Below the pieces are notes generated by a model. The model was not told the origin of the DNA, did no database searches, and saw only the letters and a list, made by a program, of their open reading frames with translations. The translations under genes were made by a program, and so were the position numbers. A stretch of DNA of 64,000 nucleotides from Octopus vulgaris (Eukaryota), in the NCBI GenBank assembly GCA_951406725.2, contig OX597825.1:51026001-51090000 (forward strand), given 5' to 3'. Below, in pieces: positions 23,900-39,920 of the stretch. Each line of letters starts with the position of its first letter. Within the stretch, counting starts at the first letter, position 1.

Positions 23900-25350
23900 A
23901 TTACTAAAAATATTACTGAAAAAATAATTATTGATCTTATTTTATTGAAAGCTGTAACGTCCCAAGTTCAAGAACAAGAATACTATGCAACAACTTGTAC
24001 TTTTTCAGTTTCTAATAACTATCTGCTTGTCTAGCCAACTAAATAGGCTGGATCAGAGCATCCACAACATTTCTTCGATTCCTCTTATTGGAATTAGCGT
24101 ATCTATGTGCACCATGCGAATCTTCCGTTCTTTGACTGGGTAAAATGGTACAATACTCATTCATATACTAGTCGGTGGAATTTTAAAAGAAATCTTTGAC
24201 TAAGGTGGTTCATAAAATCTGAACCTATCTGCTTCTCATTCAAAACTATGTTACTCACTTTTTCATCCTTTAGTTTGGTTTCTAATTCTTTGTTAGTTTA
24301 AAATTATGAAATATGGGTGAAAAGTTATGAAATAAGGACGATACGATAGCTTTCAGCACTTTCCGAGCTACACTCAGTTATGCCTGCGAAATAGGCAACC
24401 CAATAAAATTTGCCACGGATTTTTATTTTAAACTTTTTCTATTCTACTGACCATTACTACCACCCATAGTCATCAAACCTGAAACTAGTTGTAATACTTT
24501 TCTTTGAGCACCCGCCTCAAGAGATAGTTCCTGGATAATTTTGTGTTATGTAGTTATGAGGACATGTATATACACAGAGCTCTAACTCCGGGCCTTATAC
24601 ACCCACAGGAAATTTTCTTGCACTGTGCTACAAAGATGATTATGTACCAGGAAGGCATCGCCGTGGTTACTGATTTCTTATAGTATGTCCCATATATTTC
24701 CTACTCAAGTAATTTAATGACCATAATTTACATTATGGTCAGATGTACGAGGTAATAGCAGATATCGCCTCTTCCACCAAGACCAAAGCATGAGTAACAT
24801 TCTTCTCTCGCGACATCAGTAGGATAGATTACTGCACGTTTAAATAAAGGCCACCTACCACATGTTGTTTGGTTGACATAAAGATGGTCTTTGTGCTATT
24901 TATTTCTGTCGTGCATATGTGTGACGCCTTTGAGGAGAAAAGCATCTGTTTTTGTTTCACAATGCTACGATTCAATTATTTAGATCTAAATTTTGTATCA
25001 GTAGTTTTCTTTTTTGCCAAATCATGAGTTCAAAAACAAAGTGAGTTGTCTAAAATTTCTGCAAATATTTTAATTTACGAAACCATGTATTTACTTGAGA
25101 GTGCTGTTTCTGTTGCTACTGCACCAAGATCAAAAGAATTATTGATACTAGCGACACTCTCGATGGAAAAGTGAATATCTCCTTGCATATCTTGTAAATG
25201 TTCTTCTTTTTAGATTGTCATTCATTTCTTTATCGAGGCATTTTTAACTATTTTGTACATGTATCCAGACAAATGGGGGAAAATATATAACCTCCTTCAA
25301 ACGGACCTTATTTCTCGTTTTCAAGATATATCAAAATATTCCTGTATGGA
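23900..25350 (-). pseudogene. Possible very old Penelope-like remnants
   Basis: Scattered minus-strand fragments such as KCCGCSDPAYLVG*TSR (~24020-24085) are reminiscent of GIY-YIG. No continuous frame. Confidence 0.25.
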
Positions 25351-26908
25351 CAGACTCCTAAATTGCCGAATGGCTTTCTGGTATTAAAGTAAATTTGAAA
25401 TATTTCGCGTGACAAAATTAAGCGTCTTTCAAATCGATGTGAACACTTCTAAACATGTCAGCAATGAACAGCAGCAACAGTAACAACAACAACAATAACA
25501 AAAACAAATGATGGTGATGATGATGATCATGATGACAATAACAATAATAATAATAATGATAATAGTAATATAATTCCTTTATTACATATAACAAGGGCAG
25601 CATTGGTTTATGTTAGGGAAAAGTTAGAACTATTACGTCTTCTAGAAGCGAAACATGATTTCATTGAATAGAAATATGACAATGAAAAATATAAATGAAA
25701 CAAATTAATCGAGTAAAAATCTTTGATGAAAATAATGTCTAAAGATCTCATTTGCTCACGGGGACAAAATCTTTTGTTTTACTTGTGGATTTGTTGTTAA
25801 CAATAGTAAATAGCGATCAACGTCTACCTATAGAGACTGTTTGATATAGCAAGGTCGTATAGAAATTGGAAGTTGAGGAATATGTCATTTGTATATGTCC
25901 GCACTGATATGTGTAAGCAGTCACTTAGAACAATATGTAAATGTAATATTACTGACCTTAATGTTCATATATATAATAGAGCTGTAAGGATTTCCTTAGC
26001 ACCCAAATATTGTGAAAAATATTTAATGAGTCAATATGATAAGAAAGCTGTTCATGTGTAAGGTTTGTAGAAGATGATTGTCGTTTATGAAAATAATCAC
26101 CTGCCTTGGTAAATATCTGGATTTCATATATTACAGATATATTGTTCATGGAAAGGATTGCTTGCTTTATCAAAATATGATATTTCTATAGAATTTTCTT
26201 TAAATAAATATCCTATTTGTTGTTCCAAGATTTAAGAGATTGCAAATTCATCTCTAACTGGAAGACGTTTTTATGATGAAGTAAATTAAAAAAGTAATCT
26301 AATTTCTTTCTTGTGAATGAACTTTTATCATGATTTTATTGTTTTCTTCTCTGCTTAAAAGAAATTTGTCTAAGGCGTCACAGGCATATGTGGTGGAATA
26401 GCGATACAACCAACCGTTACCTGGTTTACGCAATAAAAAAATCAGAAAATAGGTGCGCACAGTATGAAAGCTCAGTATAATGATCAAACAGAGCAGCTGC
26501 TCTCTAATATGTTCTTTAGTTCTTTATACGTATATTAACCACAGCACTAACACAGACATTGCAAAATTGAAACTTATTTAAAAAGGAAATGGAACAAGTC
26601 AAGCACGCAGAATCAGATAAAATATTTCAGACAAAGGGAGTGAGCGAAATTCATATGAAACTGTTCAAACTTTTTATAAATAATTCCTCGTCTCCATTCA
26701 TCTGACTGAAAATTCTTGTAGAGTTCAAGGCCATTTCCAACTTACTTACAAGGAATCATACACGTTCTTTATGTTCGTTTTCTGTTAAACGAGGCGAAGC
26801 TAATGCATTGATATCGCCGCGAGTTTAATTTGAGTGCTTGAAGAAAGTGAAGAAAGAATTGCATTTTGAGCAGAAGCGCACACGCACATAAACACATAAA
26901 CATATATG

Positions 26909-26965
<57 letters not shown>

Positions 26966-27956
26966 TCACACACACACGCGCACACACAGATATATATCTT
27001 TCAATTCAAATCTAATGATTTGAGCAAGTTAACTGTTCACGTGTAACTGGTCGTTTCCTGTATAACTGAACAACCCTGTTTGGTAGTTCCGGAAATTAAA
27101 ATGAATGCCAGCAGAGAGTAAAATATTATAGCTAATAAAGTGAAATTAATTAAACAACCAACTCCTGGGTGTAATATTGTAAGGAGTTAATATCAGCCGG
27201 GCACATTGTTAATTAGTCGTAATTTCTCATATAGAAATGACAACCATTAAAAGAAAGTTTATTACATCCTAAGGAGACGAAACAACAATATTAATCAGTC
27301 TATGTAACCGGATATTTTCGGAAGAATGAACTAAAATAAAATACAATTTTCAAAATGATAATTCGTCAGAATACACATCATTGTATTTATAGAATTTACA
27401 TTGCAAATTGCCAGGCGATTTATGTTCTTTGGAAAATGTGTTCTGCAACTCGTTGAAGTTTAATGCTTAACATTTTGTTTTAAATCTGGTATTGAATTGA
27501 TTAATGGATCTGATTATTAGATAATAAGTAACTGTAAATGTCTTTAAATATTTCAATTATTTAAATTATGTTTTCTTGAGTAGAGTTGTATCTTTTATTA
27601 TTATAACTTACATGAATAGAGATAAGTTTAGTAATAAACAATAATAAATTAAAGGGAATTTTTGATTTGTCCGAAGAAAACATAAAATGAAACAGATCAG
27701 CCATTAACATTGTAGGTGGTAATGTTGTATTGAACTAGCAGGGTTAATGTTAGCACTGAATTTTTATAAATCGATAAGTGGAATTTTCAATTGATAACAA
27801 TCCTTTCTTAATGAAAGAAGTGTGGAGAGAAAGAATTAAAGAAATGACGAATTTTAGAATTTAGGAAATAGAATAATATGGAATTTGTAAATGTAAAGCA
27901 TTAACATGGCATGTACGACACGTTGTATTCTTAAGTGTTTGCTGATGTTTCTCCAA

Positions 27957-27993
<37 letters not shown>

Positions 27994-30397
27994 GTGCGCG
28001 CATTCGTGCGAGCGTGTGTGCGTATGTGTGTGCGTATGTGTGAGTGAGTAAAATGCTGAAGAATGCTGTAGAATGTTTGAGACAGGCACAAGGTGACTGG
28101 TGGAAGATTTCGGAATGGACTTCTACAGGTAATCTTTACATTATGTTTCACTTCTAGGTTTATTTTAAGTAAAGAAGTGAGCCACTGGATTTCTCTAAAA
28201 GAATTGTTATTATAAGATCCTTCTTTTACTTGAAGAAATCTTCGATATTTGACAGTATCTTCCTGTTCTCATATACTTCTGTAATTTGCTCTATCTGGTG
28301 GCATAAATCAATAATTGCAATTTTACCGCCAAGTGTTATCAAATGTGGATTATGGCGTCTTAATGTTCTGAGTAGAATCTGAAGGAATGAATCTAAGTAT
28401 CCATTAATGCTGTGTGTAGGCTGATAGCTGGCTATAATACTAAATTGAAGTGGGATACTTTGAGTACGATTAGAGGTGTAATTAATCTATATGCTAACAA
28501 TGGGAGGTAGGATTATCTCAGTATTTCTTAGATGCTCTATATACAAGAACTTTAATCTATATATGGGAATATAAGTTAAAAGTCATAGACACTGCAATAT
28601 GTCAACTAGGTTAATTAGATCTGCTATATCTATAGCTTATGGAATCAGTTCTGATTATACACAAAATCTGTTGAATATGTATTTACTTTTGTAGAAGGAT
28701 TACTATCCGCACCTTACGACACTTACTATGCTATGCAAGTTTCATATATTTTACAATATATAACTGTTAGAAGGCTTATTATACAATTATAAGCTCACAC
28801 TATTCACAATAAATTAAGAATGATGATAAGACGGAAACGTGTAACTAATTTCAGTTAATTAATTTTCTTAGCTCACCACAAAAGTAAATCAACACCTATT
28901 TTACTGTTACGTGTTCATACAGCAGGCGCAGCTGGGTCATTTTGCCACTCCTTATTTTAACTTGTCACGTCAGTCGGTGTTCATTCTCAAGAAACCGATA
29001 TATCTCAAATTGTTCTGAAACTTAACAATCACGATTAGACAATGCTTCACTGATTAGTAGAAATAATACCGAAAATCTTGTACACCAACTGCTGAAGTAA
29101 AGATTCTTTCTCTGTTACATTCCAGATTTTAGAGTTGTCCTCTCCGCCTGTTGGGGCTAAAATTAGCCGTGGGAGAGTAGTGTTCTAATTTTCAAAAAAG
29201 CAAATATAAGTATGTTTTTTTGTCTGCTACAACAAGAGTCTAAGTTTCTAAAGCTGTATACGTTTGGGATCGAGAGAAAGTATTGATCTTGATATATAAC
29301 AGAGGACCGCTAAAAAGGAGGATAAATCCATAAAGTTAATGGTATACAATACACTGGAGAAAGCAACGCAAAACTGTACTATTGTGTGAAAATAATTAGA
29401 TCATTGGTATTTCTCCGAGGCAAATGCCATGGTTACCAATAGTAGTGAATATTTCTTAGGTGGGCACAAGGAAAAAAGGATTCAGTCAATTATAGCAGCG
29501 ACTGCCTAATATACCTGCCTCTATTTCGGATAGAAATCTGCAACATGAGGTTAATTTATTGTTTTTTTTTCTAGCAGAACAACAGCCACCAAAAGTTTCT
29601 CTCGTTGTGTTAGAACATAAATGTTTATTCTCATGCTTTTTACTAAATCACAGTCTTAACCGAGAAAGTGTACTCTGTAACAAATGCTTTCTGTGCTCTA
29701 TGCCTCTTATTAATCCTCTTTGTATTCCCCATTTCTGCCAACTGATCTAACTTCTCTGTCACTCACAGTCAGTTTACTAAAAATATGTGAGCAATAATTC
29801 TTGCTGCAATTAACCATATCAACTTTTAGTTATATAATATTTTCACATCATAGTAATTATTTAATTACTATCTGCAGACACAGTATTTTTTATTCATATG
29901 CGTAATACTTAGTGGAAAATGTATTTGACCATCCTTAGCATATATTTTACGCCATAGATATTCATACTATCTTTATTTGAAATAAATATGCGGCTATCAT
30001 TGGTTCATTATATATTACTTTAAATATATTACTAGATAGACATAAAGAGAATATTGACTCCAGTCTACCAATAACTTTCCTTTTCTTATACTTAATTTTC
30101 TTTTCTCCCTTTATCTTATTTCTCACTTTTCTCTTTGTTTTCTTCCTATTATTATATAAATATTCGATAAAGACCATTAAATTACACACTTTGCATGTAT
30201 GAGTAATATAAAGCAGTTTAACATTTTAATACGAAAGATATGGCCAATAGAGTTCTATAACAAGTCGTTAGATCTACTGGGATCTGATTGCATAAGATTT
30301 CAGTTATTTCATTTCAACTAAAATATTAATACGTTTGGAATAATTCTCAAAGCTCTATATTACAGTACGAAACAAACTAACTTGCATACATATATGT

Positions 30398-32452
<2,055 letters not shown>

Positions 32453-32454
<2 letters not shown>

Positions 32455-32860
32455 CGCAGGAGTGGCTGTTTGGTAAGTAGCTTGCTAACCAACCACATGG
32501 TTCCGGGTTCAGTCCCACTGCGTGGAATCTTGTGCAAGTGTCTTCTGCTATAGCCCCGGGCCGACCAATGCCTTGTGAGTGGATTTGGTAGACGGAAACT
32601 GAAAGAAGCCTGTCGTATATATGTATATATATATAAGTGTGTGTGAATATGTTTGTGTGTCTGTGTTTGTTCCCCTAGCATTGCTTGACAACCGATGCTG
32701 GTGTGTTTACGTCCCCGTCTCTTAGCGGTTCGGCAAAAGAGACCGATAGAATAAGTACTGGGCTTAAAAAGATTAAGTCCCGGGGTCGATTTGCTCGACT
32801 AAAGGCGGTGCTCCAGCATGGCCGCAGTCAAATGACTGAAACAAGTAAAAAGAGTAAAAA
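32453..32860 (+). mobile_element. Full-length tRNA-derived SINE family A
   Basis: A-box TGGCTGTTTGG, B-box GGTTCAGTCCC, CTTG(T/G)GCAAGTG core-like motif, internal (TA)/(TG) tract, 3' tail GGCGGTGCTCCAGCATGGCCGCAGTCAAATGACTGAAAC + A-rich end. Confidence 0.9.
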
Positions 32861-32904
32861 AAAAAAAAAAGAGAAAAAGAGTATATATATATATATATCA
32901 ATGC

Positions 32905-33095
32905 TTTTATCTGTTTCAGTCACTATACTATTGTCAAGTTTCGCGGTACCGCTTTGAAGTGTTTAGTCAACCAAGTCGATCCTCGTACTTATTTTAACGT
33001 TATAACCTAATCTTTCCGTTCTATTTCTCGAATCACTCAGTTACAGGAACATAAACATACCAAATTCAGTTGCCAAGTGGTGTAGGACAAAGACA
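32905..33095 (-). mobile_element. Decayed 3' half of SINE family A, tail-to-tail with the preceding copy
   Basis: TGTTTCAGTCA...GTACCGCTTTGAAG..TTTAGTCAA...GTACTTATT...CAGTTACAGGAACATAAACA resembles the reverse family A 3' body. Confidence 0.5.
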
Positions 33096-33486
33096 CACAC
33101 ACACGTGCACGCACACACACACACGTGCACATGCGCGCACACACACATACACACAACACACGCACACACCCATATATATATATATGCAGAAAGAGAAAGG
33201 CTCTTTTCCGAGCTGATTAAGTAAATTGTCCATTGTAGAGAAAGAACCCAATAGAAGAATCACAATCATTTGTAATTAAATCTATGAAGTTATTTCAATA
33301 TGGTCACGTTTTCTCCGTAAAATCTTTGCCCTAGCCGAAGTATGGACTTACCATGAACTGCATCTCTATTACGCAAGTATGTATGTATATATGTACGTAT
33401 GTATGTATGTATGTATGTATGTATGTATGTATGTATGTATGTATGTATGTATTTATGTATGTATGTACGTATGTATGTATGTGTGC

Positions 33487-34385
33487 CATTGTTCAGTTTT
33501 CATTCAAAATTTCTTGCCAATAGAGAAAGAGCCGGTTTCTAACCTAATTTCAAGGCTCCTTCATTGGAATTTCAACATCAACAGCAGGGTACTTTTGTTT
33601 GTATGTATGTATGTATCTAAATGTGCAGATTTGTGTGGTTTGTTTTATGTATGTATTGCCATGCATATAGTTAAATATCTAGACATGCAAATATATATTT
33701 AAATATATATTGAAACTTCTGGCAAGTTTTACATATTTTTACTGTTCCAGTGATGGATTGGATCTGTAGTCTTCGAATTAGCTTGCTCTCTTCTGGTTTT
33801 GAGAAGCCTAAATTCTCAAGATTGGTATTTAGGCAGTGTGTTACATATCCCAGAGCCCCAATAATCACAGATATAATCTGAACTTGTAAACTTGATAGAG
33901 TAACTGCAGATTTCTCAATAGTTCAGTATAGGTGATCTTTTTTCACTGATTTTAAGATTTATGTTAACATCCCCTGGGCAGCTAATTTCAACATCTGTGC
34001 AGAGTTTCTATTCTCTATCCTTATATAAAATTTGCTGCACTTAAATTTTATTGAGGTATTCACTAAAGCATTCCACCAGTACTCGCTCTTATTATGAGTG
34101 GCTATGGCTTCTACTATACAGTGGGTTCTTATTTCTTTTTCCTCGGGGCTATTCTCCCGACGGATTTCATTATAGAGTGTCCTAGCTACAACATCATATC
34201 TCATCGGTACATAATACCATGATGACATTTTTGGACATCTGCTTATGATGTGGGTGATATCTTCGGTGTTAATTCCACAAAGTCTGCATCGATTGTCACA
34301 TATTACTGCTTTTCCTGCATCTGTATCCCTTTTGTGTATCAGGTGCTTGTTTGATATTGCCTGTTCCTGGATTGCAAACAGTTGT
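33487..34385 (-). mobile_element. R4/Dong-type (restriction-like endonuclease) non-LTR retroelement 3' remnant in (CATA)n
   Basis: AIQEQAI, CCHC knuckle CRLCGINTEDITHIISRC, RYD (RHD) motif, IIGALG..LQIQSITGTVKICK. Bounded by (TATG)n arrays. Confidence 0.8.
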
Positions 34386-34580
34386 ATGTATGTATGCATG
34401 TATGTATGTATGTATGTATGTATGTATGTATGTATGTATGTATGTATGTATGTATGTATGTATGTATGTATGTATGTATGTATGTATGTATGTATGTATG
34501 TATGTATGTATGTATGTATGTATGTATGTATGTATGTGTGTATGTATGTGTGTATGTATGTATGTATGTGTGTATGTATG
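34385..34580. repeat. (TATG)n microsatellite
   Basis: Near-perfect tetranucleotide array. Confidence 0.95.
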
Positions 34581-34681
34581 TGTCTGCCTGCCTATCTGTC
34601 TATCTGTTATCTATCTATCTGTATATATATAAATAATGTATGTATATTCCTACATACTTATATGTATGTATATATATACAT

Positions 34682-34718
<37 letters not shown>

Positions 34719-34886
34719 TATAAATGTATATTTATACACACACACATATAAATATACATATATTTGTGTCTGTGCAGGGGTAGGTATGCGTCTGTATATG
34801 TGTACTTGTGAATAAAGAATCAGTATATGTGTACTTGTGCATGTGTACTTGTAGCGTAGCGTGTGTGTGGAATATAATATAAATAT

Positions 34887-34918
<32 letters not shown>

Positions 34919-34983
34919 ATATAATCTTTGCATGTAGTAGGCGTGTGTGCGATAGTGTACGTGTGTGCGTATAAATGCATATG

Positions 34984-35050
<67 letters not shown>

Positions 35051-35727
35051 TATATTTATGTTACACACACATATATACATATATATATATGATTAAATTT
35101 ACGTACGCTTGTACATATGCGTAAGCAAATGTTATTTTCATGCATACATTCAGACACCAAATGTTTCCTTGAAACTCTATAGTGCCAAAAAAAAAAAAAA
35201 ATCAGAATTTCATTAATCTATAGAAATTAATTGACTAACATGGATTTATATTAACTTCATCTTAATGGTGATGGGTAAAAATTATCAACGCATATATATA
35301 CATACATGTATGATACCTATCAATGTGTTCGGGAATGTACATGTATGTGTATATATGCCTATATACGTATATGCAAGGATATGTTTATATGTGTGGATAT
35401 ATGTATATGTGTGAGTATATACGCGTGTCATTGTGTATATGTATTTGTGAGTGCTTGCATGCATCCAAATTTTCTTAACATTATTTATACCTTATAAACG
35501 AGTATTTCATTCTTTATTAACTATAATGTTACCTGATTTATATTTATATTTCCTCTATCATCTTTATTTAATTTAGTCATTTATTGTTTTAATTCTATTT
35601 ACCTACTCTGTCTTATCTCCAATACACCTGCAAGCCCCCTCGCCCGAACATATAACAATTAAAATCATAAACAGTCTGCTATAATGAATCCATAAACACA
35701 TATAAATCATCCAAGGGTATATTTTTT

Positions 35728-35802
35728 CCCCTCTGAAGATATTATGCTCCGGTCAAATTAATTTAATATTCACTTAATATTAAGTGAAACAGCTGTAAGT
35801 GA
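35728..35802 (+). ncRNA. Degenerate minimal hammerhead-like motif
   Basis: CTGAAGA (35733-35739)...GAAA (35786-35789), palindromic stem III ACAGCTGT, then A-AGTG. Stems I and II are imperfect. Confidence 0.4.
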
Positions 35803-35868
35803 AGATGATTAATATGCTGTTAATAATAAACAATGATTAACTTCCCAATCTTAATTTTCTTTTCCTTC

Positions 35869-35988
<120 letters not shown>

Positions 35989-36102
35989 GTATATGTATAT
36001 ATTAATACTAATGGTAAAACAAAAGAATGAAAGAGACCTCGATACTATGTAAATAGAGGAATTTATATGTAATATAATATGTGACAATTATTCGTTTGCC
36101 AT

Positions 36103-36163
36103 AGTAAAACGCTGTATTTCGGATTTCGGGGCAGAAACCTGCATCGGCATCTCTTCAGTTATC
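36103..36163 (-). ncRNA. Degenerate hammerhead-like motif
   Basis: Minus strand: GATAA-CTGAAGA-GATGCCG...CGAAATCC-GAAA-TACAGCG-TT-TTACT. Core intact, stems I and III partly broken. Confidence 0.35.
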
Positions 36164-37864
36164 GAGGCAATTAAAGTATCCTATGAAAATGACCGTTAAA
36201 CAAAGGGAAATTACTATTAGAATGACCGTTAAATAAGGGAAAAATAAAGGGAGGAAGTAAAACGTAAAGGAGTAAGAAAGCTCATAGCAATCGCTTGTGC
36301 GAGCATGTACATACAGATACATGTGCGCACGCTCACCCACGTACATGTGCCTATATACATATGTTCACTGAGACTCACATGAAACCCACACATGCGAATT
36401 CACACATACGTCAAACAGAAGCGAAAATACATACATTCTCTCACCTCGTAGATTCACACAATGAATACATCCTTGATGACGCACCGACAATTGTCCTTAC
36501 TTAAGTCCGCTTCCCCCTACAATACAGCGATTCTCTCGTCTAGTGTCTCTTTTTGCGGTCCCTCTAAAAGCTGTGAAATTTAATCTTCTTTATCCACCAT
36601 TTGTGATATTATGCACCATGGTACATAAACTAATCTTTTATCTCAATCTTCGAAAATCCTTTCCTCTTTCGTTCTTTGATTTTTTTTTTATAGAGAATGA
36701 CTCTCTCCGAAATATAGATTAAGTTTTATTTCTAATTCTTTTAACCGTTAAACTATTATTATAAAACTTTGGCTTCTATTATTCTGTTCTTTTGTTTCTT
36801 CCGTTCACGATGCCTTTTCTTCTTACATCATGCTTTCTAGTCAAGCAAATCTAGCACTTGGATGGAGGTATTATGTCTAGCGGCTGAACTAATCGAATAT
36901 GTATGTGAAATTTTTGATAATTTGACAATTTGACCATGAGACAATATGTCACAACCGTCGTGTTTTCAATACCACTGAAAAAGTAGAATGGCTGTATGAC
37001 TTACCTAAAAGCAGAAATCAGGATATTCAAAACAGCAGCGCCCTCTAAGCAGAATCAACTATTGGGAGGGGAGTACTACAGGAGATGGCTCTTACAATAA
37101 CTCAATTAGATTTAACCTCAGTTGTCAACAAAACATTCTTATAACGTATGTCGATGAAACTAATATGGAGAAAAGATTTTTAAAAATCGCTAAAATGAAC
37201 CCCGTTATATTAAAAACTTACTGAATGTTGTTGGAATGAAGAAAATAGCACAAAATTCATCATAGAAATATATTGATACAATGAGTAAGGAGGAACTACA
37301 ATAAAGTAATCAGACACTTTACAGGACTTATGTATTGTTATGAGCAACATCGATTCTCTTCATAAAACACAAGGAGGGATTATGAAATCACAGAATAAGA
37401 ACACAAAAGATCAAGATTGTTCTTTGGGAGACAATTGTAATTAGTCGCCTTTATTACTGCTCCAAACTATGGTTACCATATAATGTCAACCTTATAAAGG
37501 TAATCCAAAGGAGCTACACGAAGAAAAGAAATTCCCTGTACCAAAGCAGTTATTTAGAAAAGTTGAACGCTTTGACGTGTTTATGTATTTGATGGAACGA
37601 AGAAGGAAACAATAAGCAATCATCCATACCAGGAATGTACGAGAGGGATAGGTGCTAAATCGAAGATTATACAAATCTTCGAATACGATGGGTTTCCACG
37701 TTTTCTCCCCAAATCAATTCATTCCTTCTGGAAAGAGTGCAATGTGCGAGAACAGCCGAGCTTCAAGAGACCACAGCTACTATACAAATAATTATTGTCC
37801 AACGAACTACCATACTCATGTATAACTATATATGCCTATCGATTGACTTGATATTTGCCTTTTA

Positions 37865-38882
37865 TTATTGAGGTACAAAATCAGAAATTTAGAGGAAGAA
37901 GTCTAGTCGACTATATCGACTCCATAATCTGATTAGCATTTCATTTTAACGATCCCGAAAGGATGAAAGACAACGTTAATAACGGTGGGATTTGAACTCA
38001 GAATATAAACGACGCAGGAGTGGATGTGTGGTAAGTAGATTGCTTACCAACCACATGGTTCGGGTTCATTCCCACTGCGTGGCAACGTCGGCAAGTGTCT
38101 TCTACTATAGCCTCGGGCCGACTAAATCCTTGTGAGTGGATTTGGTAGACGGAAACTGAAAGAAGCTCGTCGTATATATGTATATATGTATGTGTATGTG
38201 TGTGTATATGTTTATGTATTTCTGTTTGTCCCCCCAACATCGCTTGACAACCGATGTTGGTGTGTTTACGTCCCCGTAATTTAGTGGTTCGGCAAAAGTG
38301 ACCGATAGAATAAGTACTAGGCTTACAAAGAGTAAGTCTTGGGGTCGATTTGCTCGACAAAAGGCGGTGCTCCAGCATGGCCGCAGTCAAATGACTGAAG
38401 CAAGTTAATGAGTAAAAGAGTAAGTGAAACAAATATCACAAGGCACTTTGCCCGACTCTAATAATTCTGCCAATCTGTGGCCCGTTTTATAATATTTTCT
38501 ACTTTAGGCAGAGAGCTAGAAATTTTGAGAGGAGTTGCTAGTCTATTACATCGACTTCAGTGATCAATGTTTATTTTATCGATCCCGAAAGAACATAAAC
38601 CAAAATTGACCTCAGTGACATCTGAACTCAGAACATAAGGCCAGAAGAAATGCCGCTAAGCATCTTTCCGCGCTGTTTACGATTATGTCAACTTGTTATC
38701 TTTAATATTTTTTCTCTATAGGCACAACATTTGAAATTTGGGGACGATGAATCGATTAAATCGACCCCAGTGCTTAACTGCAACTTATTTTATTGATACC
38801 GAAATGATGAAATGCAAAGTAAAATTCGGCAGATGGTAAACCCGGAAGAAATGTCGCAAACGATTCTGCCAGCTCGTCGTCT
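37865..38882 (-). mobile_element. Head-to-tail cluster of three decayed SINE family B copies, the first interrupted by a family A copy
   Basis: The repeated motif set AGTC(G/T)ATTACATCGAC...ATCGATCCCGAAAG...TTTGAACTCAGAA...GATTCTGCCAGCTCG occurs at ~37870-38485, ~38495-38700 and ~38715-38882. Confidence 0.75.
38011..38425 (+). mobile_element. Full-length SINE family A nested in a family B copy
   Basis: Highly similar to 32453-32860 from head to tail. The family B sequence stops at ~38010 and resumes at ~38430. Confidence 0.88.
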
Positions 38883-39920
38883 AAGTTAGGACATCGCATT
38901 TCGCCGATTCACTAATATGAAGCAATACTGTACACTTGAGAATTTTTAACTTCTTTGAAGTACTGATAGTGTTCCTGTTTTGCCGTTAACGAATCTTGCA
39001 GATAGTGCACCTTGAAAAACAAAATTGTATTCACTTGATCTCGATATGAAATCAATTTTCAGTTCTGCTTCAACAAATCAATGCGATATAAAGCGAAATT
39101 TCCTGGTGGTTTGATCTCTGATTACCTGATAATCACAATATTTGAGAACAGCCTTGCATAAAGAAAGAGAAGCCATTGTAAAATTTGAAAGAAAACATTC
39201 TTTCAATTCATATCTTTATTATAAAAATTCAATAATTTGACAGCTTTAATTAAAAACGAATCTTTGCTGTGGCTACTTTCGTATAATGTGTCGTTTAAAT
39301 TCAGTTTTATTTTAGTATCTGAGAGTTTTAGAATGATTATAAACTGTATAAAACATTTCGCTTCTCTCTCAGTGCTAGCGACGGAGAAATCATCTTAAAA
39401 TGTTGCACGACTATTTTATAGAATGAAGAGGAAAGTGAAGCTAGAAATTGATCTCAAGAAAAGAATAATGAGGAAAAAATATAATGAAATATTCATACAA
39501 TATTTTGATTACGTCTATTTCTTCGGAAGACTAAAATATATGGCAAAAGTAAACTACGACTCGTTTATCTGTCAAGATAGTTTATGAGTATATCCAAACA
39601 GGATATCTTTTAACCACAAAACAATACTAACTATTCTTTTGTTTACTTTTATTACATGAAAAAAAAATTTAAATTATATTCTTCTCGAAAATTGATATAT
39701 AAAACTAAATTCTACTAGACATTTGGTCTTCGTTTATCAATATCTTTTTCTGTCTATTTTGCTATTTTCTTTAATCCGCTTTAGGTAAAATATAGCCATT
39801 GTAAATCCATATTATAATAATTTTTGTTTACTGATTTTACCTTCTCCCCCTCTTCTTCTTCCTCCTCCTCCTCCTCCTCCTCCTCCTCTTCTTCTTCTTC
39901 TTCTTCTTCTTCTTCTTCTT

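Noticed and set aside
28180-28700. Faint minus-strand L1/Tx1-like peptide (LITLGGKIAII)
   Set aside because: A single short motif with no surrounding RT motifs recognisable.
32403-32681. N-terminal 93 codons of the 694-aa ORF 30597..32681
   Set aside because: They are the antisense SINE and a (TA)n tract read in frame by chance. LINE homology stops at 32402.
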